This document shows, piece by piece, positions 1 to 7,339 of a stretch of DNA of 64,000 nt. Under the pieces are notes generated by a model, which saw only the letters and a list, made by a program, of their open reading frames with translations, did not search any database and was not told the DNA's origin. This stretch comes from Aulosira sp. ZfuVER01. GTDB lineage: Bacteria > Cyanobacteriota > Cyanobacteriia > Cyanobacteriales > Nostocaceae. The stretch is taken from the NCBI GenBank assembly GCA_034530615.2, contig JAVRCV020000079.1, forward strand, positions 1-64,000, given 5' to 3'. How positions within the stretch are numbered: position 1 is the stretch's first letter; every line of letters begins with the position of its first letter. The translations under genes were made by a program, and so were the position numbers.

Positions 1-28
1 CCGTTCATTCTCTCAATATTAGTGTACC

Positions 29-490
29 TCATTTACCTGCAATTGGCTGTAAATACATTCCACACAAGTGCAATTGCTCTAAAACCGGACGTGCAGCCGG
101 AATAACTCCTCGTTGTTTGGCAGTAATAACAATACCTAATGTCCCCCGTACAGGAATTCCTAAAGTGGTAGCACAACGACGGGCTGCTAAATCATCTAGA
201 ATTACTTCCGTCCCAGGATTTATATAGCCCCACGCCAATACAGCTGACTCACCTTGACCCAAATCCCAATTCTGAATCACATTTGGGGCTGGTGGTGTTT
301 CTTGTACAATCAACCAATCAGTATTTTTGAGCGCAACTGCTGTTACGTCTGTTTCCCCATACTCCTGAATTTCTGCGGCTACAGCGTCAGGAACAATAAT
401 TGATGGGCTAATTATCTGCAACAAATCGATAAAGCCAGCCTTGGTTAAAAAAATTAGTGGAGATGTGTTGATAGCAGGTAGTTCAGCCAC
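29..490 (-). CDS. PIN-domain protein (DUF3368-like), putative toxin; C-terminus appears replaced by repeat-derived sequence
   Basis: Motifs INTSPLI, LGQGESAVL, ILDDLAARR and GTLG are typical of DUF3368 PIN proteins; overlaps the UPF0175 gene by 8 bp. Confidence 0.85.
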   Translation of the reverse strand: MAELPAINTSPLIFLTKAGFIDLLQIISPSIIVPDAVAAEIQEYGETDVTAVALKNTDWLIVQETPPAPNVIQNWDLGQGESAVLAWGYINPGTEVILDDLAARRCATTLGIPVRGTLGIVITAKQRGVIPAARPVLEQLHLCGMYLQPIAGK

Positions 491-734
491 GGTTTAACTC
501 GCGCTGTAAATCATCAAGGTCAACAGCAAAGACATCTACTTGTTCGCGGGCTAGGACGGCTAGAAAGTCTCGGCGGTTTAACCCAGCAACATTGGCTGCT
601 TTCTCCATTGAGATTTCCTGCTTCTGATACCAGTAGATAGCAGCAGCAAGGCGCATATCGCGCACAAATTCTTCTGGAGTCAGGCGACGGGCGCTAAATA
701 CTTCTTCTGGCAGAGTAATTGTGACTGACGACAT
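483..734 (-). CDS. UPF0175 family protein, putative antitoxin
   Basis: 83 aa; AAIYWYQKQEISMEKAANVAGLNRRDF HTH signature; directly upstream of the PIN gene. Confidence 0.85.
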   Translation of the reverse strand: MSSVTITLPEEVFSARRLTPEEFVRDMRLAAAIYWYQKQEISMEKAANVAGLNRRDFLAVLAREQVDVFAVDLDDLQRELNRG

Positions 735-972
735 AAATTATGTTCTCAATGGTTAAGGCTCTTGAAGCTGCAATTAATTAATGATATCAACCATGTCTAC
801 TTGATAAAAAAGTATTCCTTTTTTTCCAGCCCCTGACTACCCTGTGGGAACGCTACCCTAAACTATGAGGGCGATATTTGGGGTCGTTATGGTGTTAAGT
901 TGTGGTTGTTGGCAAGTTTAGAAATTTGGTTGGAGGTGAATAGATAATCCTTATATAGTATTTGTAGTATTT

Positions 973-997
973 GTAGAGGGGCATTGCCCACCCTACG
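973..997. repeat. GTAG-type REP-like palindrome
   Basis: gtagaggggcattgcccaccctac, which reads GTAGGGTGGGCAATGCCC on the minus strand. Confidence 0.55.
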
Positions 998-1031
998 TAT
1001 GTTGTATTTGTTAGGAAATCTGAAAATCTTT

Positions 1032-1544
1032 ATGACAAAAAAACTGATACAGCTCTCATGCTTGTTAATTTGCTTGTGGTTGGGATTTCCGATTTTTGTT
1101 GCTTCCGCCGAAACTCCAGAAGAATGGGTAACTCTGGGAAAGCGAGTACATGGAGGTTTTGGCAGTTATATTGCTCTAGGAATCCGTATAGGATTAGATG
1201 CAATGCAGCGTCTTGATGCTAAACCACGCGACTTAGACGTTACTTACCAAGATGGTGCTAATACGGCCTGTCCTTGCGTTGCGGATGGGATTATGATTGC
1301 GACAGTCGCCACGCCGGGACAAAATTCTCTGCGGATTCTTCCCTCTAAAAGTAACTCTAGCAACTTTGGTATTGCGCTAATTAAGAATAAGAAAACTGTA
1401 AAAACACTGCGTTATGTAATACCAGCTACAGCTAGTTCTTTACTTGATAAGTGGAACCAGGATCTAAACCCTCGCCAGCGCTATGATGCAGTCATGAATA
1501 CATCTAGTGATTCTCTATTTCGTATTGAAAGTAACATGAAATAA
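1032..1544 (+). CDS. FmdE-family (formylmethanofuran dehydrogenase subunit E-like) protein with signal peptide
   Basis: HGGFGSYIALGIRIG and CPCVADGI...ATPG motifs; hydrophobic N-terminus ending ASA; ATG at 1032 preferred over the TTG at 984. Confidence 0.75.
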   Translation: MTKKLIQLSCLLICLWLGFPIFVASAETPEEWVTLGKRVHGGFGSYIALGIRIGLDAMQRLDAKPRDLDVTYQDGANTACPCVADGIMIATVATPGQNSLRILPSKSNSSNFGIALIKNKKTVKTLRYVIPATASSLLDKWNQDLNPRQRYDAVMNTSSDSLFRIESNMK

Positions 1545-1657
1545 GAAGCATTTCAATTTTGAAAAAATCTACTGAAATGATGCAAAAATCCTTTTAAACC
1601 CTCTTAACTTAGCGTTCTTTGCTTTCTTTGCGGTTCGTTCTTTCTTAATTTTGAAGC

Positions 1658-2956
1658 TCAACCGAAACTTTCGACAAAATAAATATCATTACCTGTATCG
1701 CCTACTAAAATCAAGCTACTATCATCAATTGCTAAATTTTGGCTACCAGTAATACCTCTTTGCAAAACTTTAATGATTCTTTGGGGAGTGAGAGATTCCA
1801 ATTCTACAAACTTTCCAGAATCCAACCATGCTAATTCTTCAGCAGTTAAATTCTGGCGAATTTCCCCAAACAAATCTTTAGCTGCTTGTGCTGAATCTGG
1901 AGAGGCTTGGATGAACATCCCCCGCTTAGTAGCAATAACTTGACGCGGTAATATACCAATATCGATAATCGTCACATTGCTATTGAGAAACCATTTAGGG
2001 CTGGTGCGGAGTTGATGAACTAAACTAATTCCTTTGGGACTGCAATCATGTAGTGCATATACTTTCAATTCCGGATTACGACGCAACATTTCCATTGTCG
2101 TGTCAAAGATACTTTGCGGATATCCAGTGACGCTGAGAATGGCACAGTTATTTTCAAAGTGGAAGTTATTAGATATTAATTGTTGAGCAATCGCAGTGCG
2201 ATCGCAAACTACTAATCTATCAAAACTGTAAGCAGTAACATCAGGATTGACTGTTACAGAGGCATTTTCTTCGCGCGCCGCAGGCAGAATTTTACTCACT
2301 GAACCATTGATTCTCTGCCAACGATTGAGCCATTCTTGAACCTGTACTTGTGTAATTAACAATTCCTGAACTACATCAACTCGAATTAGCTGTCTACTGC
2401 CTAAGTAGATTGATAACATTCCTGTGAGCACTACAACTACAAATGCCATGTATGATTTTAGGACAGATATACTCAAAAATATTCCTCCCACCAGAACGAT
2501 GGCTCCTGTGATTTGTAACATTCTGGCGCTCGTCTTTCTACCTATGCTGTTTAACTTACTAGATTGAGTATTTTTATATAAATAATATGTCGAACCTATT
2601 TGGTATACAGACCATACAATTAAAAAAGAACTACTTCCAAATATTTTTGAAAGTATAGTTCCAAAAAAACCTGTTACCCAAATAGTAAAGAATATATAGA
2701 TAATCAGAAAAAACCAGGTAAATGAATTTCGTTTCAGGCGCGCATCTAACAAATACAAAAGCTGTTTTGGTGTAAAAAATAATGTATTATTCGCAGAGAT
2801 ATCAGCTATAGCTTTGGCAAACATGGAGTCGGTAATTTTTACATTGCCCATAGCGGTAGGTTCAAATACAAATGGATGCCTGCATTGCATACACCGACCA
2901 TTATTAGCTGTTCTATCTCTTAGTTTATTGTCAGTTCCGCAGTTAATACATTTCAT
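1658..2956 (-). CDS. Zn-ribbon + ~4 TM + Spo11/TopoVI-A-like Toprim domain protein
   Basis: CxxC..CxxC at the N-terminus; TPKQLLY; hydrophobic segments; LVVCDRTAIAQQL, CAILSVTGYP, VYALHDCSPKG and GKFVELESL resemble TopoVI-A Toprim motifs. Confidence 0.65.
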   Translation of the reverse strand: MKCINCGTDNKLRDRTANNGRCMQCRHPFVFEPTAMGNVKITDSMFAKAIADISANNTLFFTPKQLLYLLDARLKRNSFTWFFLIIYIFFTIWVTGFFGTILSKIFGSSSFLIVWSVYQIGSTYYLYKNTQSSKLNSIGRKTSARMLQITGAIVLVGGIFLSISVLKSYMAFVVVVLTGMLSIYLGSRQLIRVDVVQELLITQVQVQEWLNRWQRINGSVSKILPAAREENASVTVNPDVTAYSFDRLVVCDRTAIAQQLISNNFHFENNCAILSVTGYPQSIFDTTMEMLRRNPELKVYALHDCSPKGISLVHQLRTSPKWFLNSNVTIIDIGILPRQVIATKRGMFIQASPDSAQAAKDLFGEIRQNLTAEELAWLDSGKFVELESLTPQRIIKVLQRGITGSQNLAIDDSSLILVGDTGNDIYFVESFG

Positions 2957-3033
2957 AATACTTCTAGTTTAGTTGTAATATTTTTCGTAAGGGCTATCAT
3001 TCGTAATTTGTTATGGCATTTTTGACGCTTGAC

Positions 3034-4221
3034 TTATTTTTCAATTACCTGATTCATTAACAAAACACTATAGTCTTCTCGCTTACGAATCAAACGATGT
3101 GTATGATTTTCTAAGAAAATTTCCGCAGGTTTAGGACGATGTAAAAAGTGAGAAGACATCGCATAACCATAAGCACCGACATCTAAAATGGCAAGAATAT
3201 CACCAATTTCTAAGGCTGGAAGTTGGCAATTTTTACCTAAATAATCTCTTGAGTAAGTCGTATTACCACAAACATCTGTTGGATAAATTCCCGTGTTCTC
3301 TCCTTTCTTCCATGTGATGATTTCTCGATAGCCACCATGTACAGCAGGAACTGAGAGATTAGCAACGGTGGTATCAACTCCCACAATCTGTTTTTCTGCT
3401 TGCCATTTTACAGATACAACTTGCGCTAACAAAGTACCACAACCTGCGATCGCAGCTCGTCCCGGTTCAATTACTAAATCAATTTTCCGCCCCAAAGCTG
3501 TAATTCGCTGTGTCAACTTTGCGCCAAACTCTTCCCAATCAAAAGCTACTCTACCGTGATGATAGGGATAGCCAAAGCCACCGCCAAAATCCAAATATTC
3601 CCAATCTGGTAACTTTTGCGCTGTCGCCAGCACAGTATCAATTACCTCGGTAAAAGCTTCTGTCGCATTAGTTCCAGTCCCCCGGTAAAAGTGCAACCCC
3701 CTGAGTTTCAATCCTGCTTGCTGAGTAATCGCCACTGCTGCGGAAAATTCCTCCGGATGTACACCAATGCGACTATCTCCAGTAAGTTCCGGTAAATTCA
3801 GCCGCAAACCCAGCCGAACTGATTCAATTTTGGATTGATAGACTTTGCAAAACAACTCCAGCTGATTAACACTGTCAAGATTGAGAGTAGTAACTCCCCA
3901 ATCCAAAACTTGAAGCATTTCATCTCGATTTAAATTACTGCCACTGTAAACAATATCACCAGGGTCAAAACCAGCTTGCAACCCCAGGTAAATATCTCCT
4001 GGTGTATTGGCGTGGAGTCCCCAGCCAGCAGCGCGAAAAATTTTGAGTAACGCAATATTCCCATTAGTAACGCTAGCAAAGTGAAATTGTGTGCGGGAAT
4101 AGGTGATGGCTTGAGTAATGCGGTTAATAGTTTGACGTAAGCGATCGCCATCATACACATAAAGCGGAGAACCGTAGATCTTTAGTAACTCCTGCGCCAA
4201 TTCTAAAGTTAAGCTTGCCAT
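3034..4221 (-). CDS. Diaminopimelate-decarboxylase-fold (PLP fold III) protein, non-canonical active site
   Basis: YGSPLYVYD, DFGGGFG, IEPGR and GAYG are conserved; FASVTN replaces FAxKAN and GNTTYSRD replaces GPxCESGD; ATG at 4221 overlaps the end of the upstream gene. Confidence 0.85.
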   Translation of the reverse strand: MASLTLELAQELLKIYGSPLYVYDGDRLRQTINRITQAITYSRTQFHFASVTNGNIALLKIFRAAGWGLHANTPGDIYLGLQAGFDPGDIVYSGSNLNRDEMLQVLDWGVTTLNLDSVNQLELFCKVYQSKIESVRLGLRLNLPELTGDSRIGVHPEEFSAAVAITQQAGLKLRGLHFYRGTGTNATEAFTEVIDTVLATAQKLPDWEYLDFGGGFGYPYHHGRVAFDWEEFGAKLTQRITALGRKIDLVIEPGRAAIAGCGTLLAQVVSVKWQAEKQIVGVDTTVANLSVPAVHGGYREIITWKKGENTGIYPTDVCGNTTYSRDYLGKNCQLPALEIGDILAILDVGAYGYAMSSHFLHRPKPAEIFLENHTHRLIRKREDYSVLLMNQVIEK

Positions 4222-6374
4222 CGCTTGTATTGTCTCCATAACCAACTAGGTAGCCAAAACGGATGATTAAGAGAATGTTTGCCTAGTTCTTCACCTAAAA
4301 TATGCGATCGCCAAAGTTGCCACATAATTAATAACCAAAGACTCTCACCAATCCGCCGCCCTTGAATAGTCCCTCCCAGTTCGCCTGTAACAATTTGTGC
4401 AGCTATTTGGGAAGAAAAACGGTTTTCAGCACTGAGTATACCTGGATTTAACCAGATACCTATATCGTGCCAAAACTCATTCAAACACCAGGAAGTTAAG
4501 GGAACACCCATACCCCGCTTTTGTCGCCAAACAATTTCCGGTGGTAGCCAATTTTCTACAGCCCGTTTGAGGATATATTTCTCACAAGCACCTTGTAAAC
4601 AGAGTTCACCAGATAAGCTAAACGTCCACTCTGCTAAAGGTATATCGCAAAAAGGCGATCGCACCCACAACCCATGCGCAAATCCCAAAGCAGTCGCACG
4701 AGGGTGGATATTTTGCGCCCCTTTCAGCATCAAGCTAGCGCGGCGGAGACGATGCAGCAAGGAAGGACAGCAAGTTGCATCCAGCGCCTCTAAAATCCAA
4801 TCTTGGGGATGTAAATTTTGTATCTGTGCGTAAACCTCTGATTGATAAATTTGCGATTCATACCCCCAAAGACGATGAAACGTGCGGAGATATTGCAGTA
4901 TAAAACTTTCTCCCGCCTGATAAATCCCCGCAGCAATTAAAGGCTTATTCGTCCACCCTGCAAATAATTGATCTCCACCTTCACCATTAAAAATTACACG
5001 AGTTTCCTGACTAGCTGTTTGCGCCAAGAGATACAAAGGAACAGTCACCCCATCACCAAAAGGTAAATCCAGTGCTTGTACAGCAGGAATTAAAGCCTTC
5101 TTAATTTCCTGGGGAGTCGCCGCCACTTTCACCAAGGGAATTTTGAGAAACTGTGCAACCTGTTCTGCATAAGGGAATTCTGGAATCCCAGCACCGCCAA
5201 AATCGAGAGTATAGGCGCGGACTTTCACCCCCGCTTGCACCAACAACGCCGCCACAATTGAAGAATCTAAGCCACCAGAGAGAAAAACTCCCACAGGTTC
5301 ATCTTTTAAATCAGCAATTTGCTGATGAATCGATGCTTTCAGGAGACTTTGCAATTGAGTAACGGCTGTAGTTTCATCTTTGATTTGTTCAGCCTGTTCC
5401 CGCCACGAATGAATACTTCGAGATTGCGGCTGACAGAGTTTACCCGATCCACAATTACCCTGCCAAATCAACTCAGTTCCCGCCGGGACTGCAAACACTT
5501 CATTAACAGGCGTTAGGGGAGTTGGGACGTAAGAAAAACAACTGTAACCATATAAGCCCGGAATGCTAACATCACGCTGTTGCAGAATCGGTAAAAGCAG
5601 TTGTAGCCGGGATGCAAACCAAATCACCTCTCCTTGCTGAGTCCAGTATAAAGGCACTCTGCCAAAAGCTTCTCTCGCCAAAATCAGGCAGTGATTTTCC
5701 CCTATACTTACCCAAGCATCCGGCGTAGAAGATAATCCTGACGCGGAAATAGCAGCAATTGTATTGTCTTGAGATTGAGAATTTTTATTTATTCCAAGAT
5801 GAACAACATTCCAAAGGAGTTGATTTTCCTTTTGGAAAAAATGCTGTGTAGACGGTGGAGACGTTGCAGACAAATTAGTTAACAACGCCGTCAATTCACG
5901 TTGAGAACCGTAACCCCAATAGCCTAGAATTGCAGGCTGTTGGACTGAGGAGAAGGAGGACAAGGGGGACAGGGGAGACAAGGGAGACAAAGGGACAAAT
6001 TGCGTTGTGAATTTATAATATCTTTTGAGCCTTTGAGCCTGAATGTTGAGCCTTTTTGCTTGGAAGTTGAACCTTTGAACCTGGAAGTTGAGCCTTTGAG
6101 CCTTTGAGCTTGACTGTTGCACCTTTTTGCTTGGACGTTGCGCCTTTGAGCTTGAACGTTGCACCTTTAAGCCTGACAGTTGCACCTTTTTGCTTGGACG
6201 TTGCGCCTTTAAGCTTGAACGTTGCACCTTTGAGCCTGGACGTTGCACCTTTTTGCTTGGACGTTGCGCCTTTGAGGCTGACAGTTGCACCTTTTTGCTT
6301 GGACGTTGCGCCTTTAAGCCTGAACGCTGCACTTTTGAGCCTAGAAGTTGCACTTTTAAGCCTGAACATTGCAC
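4209..6374 (-). CDS. Asparagine synthetase (AsnB)-like ATP-dependent amide ligase; true start uncertain, the ORF is extended through repeats
   Basis: REAFGRVPLYW, PP-loop FLSGGLDSS, NGEGGDQLFAG, RSPFCD and QKRGM; protein-like sequence begins at about 5945 and the first ~145 codons are repeat-derived. Confidence 0.8.
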   Translation of the reverse strand: MQCSGLKVQLLGSKVQRSGLKAQRPSKKVQLSASKAQRPSKKVQRPGSKVQRSSLKAQRPSKKVQLSGLKVQRSSSKAQRPSKKVQQSSSKAQRLNFQVQRFNFQAKRLNIQAQRLKRYYKFTTQFVPLSPLSPLSPLSSFSSVQQPAILGYWGYGSQRELTALLTNLSATSPPSTQHFFQKENQLLWNVVHLGINKNSQSQDNTIAAISASGLSSTPDAWVSIGENHCLILAREAFGRVPLYWTQQGEVIWFASRLQLLLPILQQRDVSIPGLYGYSCFSYVPTPLTPVNEVFAVPAGTELIWQGNCGSGKLCQPQSRSIHSWREQAEQIKDETTAVTQLQSLLKASIHQQIADLKDEPVGVFLSGGLDSSIVAALLVQAGVKVRAYTLDFGGAGIPEFPYAEQVAQFLKIPLVKVAATPQEIKKALIPAVQALDLPFGDGVTVPLYLLAQTASQETRVIFNGEGGDQLFAGWTNKPLIAAGIYQAGESFILQYLRTFHRLWGYESQIYQSEVYAQIQNLHPQDWILEALDATCCPSLLHRLRRASLMLKGAQNIHPRATALGFAHGLWVRSPFCDIPLAEWTFSLSGELCLQGACEKYILKRAVENWLPPEIVWRQKRGMGVPLTSWCLNEFWHDIGIWLNPGILSAENRFSSQIAAQIVTGELGGTIQGRRIGESLWLLIMWQLWRSHILGEELGKHSLNHPFWLPSWLWRQYKRWQA

Positions 6375-6405
6375 CTTTAAGCCTGAACGTTACGCCTTTG
6401 ATACT
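6024..6405. repeat. 21-bp tandem array, ~18 units (GTTGCACCTTT core + variable 10-mer)
   Basis: Units such as gttgcaccttt-ttgcttggac, gttgcgccttt-gagcttgaac and gttgcaccttt-aagcctgaca read directly. Confidence 0.95.
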
Positions 6406-6449
6406 AAAACTTCGAGCTTGACTTTTAACCAATGCCCCATGCCCAATAA

Positions 6450-7070
6450 CTACTTAACCTCAAACCTTTGATCGCTAATTTGCCGATCTTCAAGGAACAT
6501 CTGCACTTGCCAATTACCAACCGGTGCAGTCGCACCAATAGTATAACGACAGTAAGTATCCCAAATAGATGTATTAATATCACGAGTTTGATAACGGTTT
6601 TGCTTAACAATTTGACCGTTGGGATCGATCCAATTACAAGACAGAGATAGCTTTTTACCCACAGGTGCATCCTTCAAAGTCACACGGTAAAAAACTTCTG
6701 GACTGTTTTGCCGAGAGATACTATTTAAATTACCGCTATCCTGAACTAAAGTAATGCGGTCTTGCTGGGTAGAAACACGAGAAATTAGTGAATTATTTTG
6801 TTGCATAAAAAACACTGTAGATGCGATCGCAACTACTACAGCAGCAACTACTCCAGAAATAATCCAGCGATTTCGGCGTTCCTGTACCTTTAATGCTTGT
6901 CGCCGCCGCAACTGAATCAATGCTTCATCGAGTAACTCCGGTGGTAAATTCAACTCCCGTAAAATTTCCTGAACTTGCTGTTTGTCGAGTTCCGCTTCCT
7001 GACGTATTTGCAGCTCTTGTACTTCATCGATTATTTGTGATAATTGCTCTTGAGTTAATCGCTCCGTCAT
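6450..7070 (-). CDS. Single-TM protein with C-terminal Ig-like domain (DUF3859-like)
   Basis: N-terminal helical region, one TM (WIISGVVAAVVVAIASTVFF), CNWIDPNG and GNWQVQMFLE beta-rich domain. Confidence 0.65.
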   Translation of the reverse strand: MTERLTQEQLSQIIDEVQELQIRQEAELDKQQVQEILRELNLPPELLDEALIQLRRRQALKVQERRNRWIISGVVAAVVVAIASTVFFMQQNNSLISRVSTQQDRITLVQDSGNLNSISRQNSPEVFYRVTLKDAPVGKKLSLSCNWIDPNGQIVKQNRYQTRDINTSIWDTYCRYTIGATAPVGNWQVQMFLEDRQISDQRFEVK

Positions 7071-7339
7071 AATTAATACAACTCCTGTAAATAACTTCAG
7101 TCTCTACTTTTTCAAGCTAGACCTTCATGTAATAAATTACACGCTGATAGCATCACAACTCTCTTCTCTCTGTGCCTTTGTGTCTCTATGCTAAAAAATT
7201 TGAAACCACAGAGATACAAAGACGAAAGCAGTTGAGTTGGCAGCTTTGCCGACTTGAGCAAACTGCCCGTACAAAGTACTTTTAAGACAAACCAAGGCAT
7301 GAAAATCAATACCCAATGCCCCATTTTTAAGCTAAATAT

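Noticed and set aside
3034..4245. Calling the gene lysA
   Set aside because: Catalytic Lys and Cys are absent
6024..6405. CRISPR array interpretation of the constant/variable 21-bp array
   Set aside because: Repeat (11 nt) and variable part (10 nt) are far too short, the variable parts recur and resemble each other, and there are no cas genes in the window
6013..6471. ORFs 6013..6432, 6104..6421 and 6127..6471
   Set aside because: Products of the stop-free 21-bp repeat; no independent coding evidence
4209..7070. Lasso peptide gene cluster
   Set aside because: No B1/B2 (RRE/peptidase) genes or precursor visible
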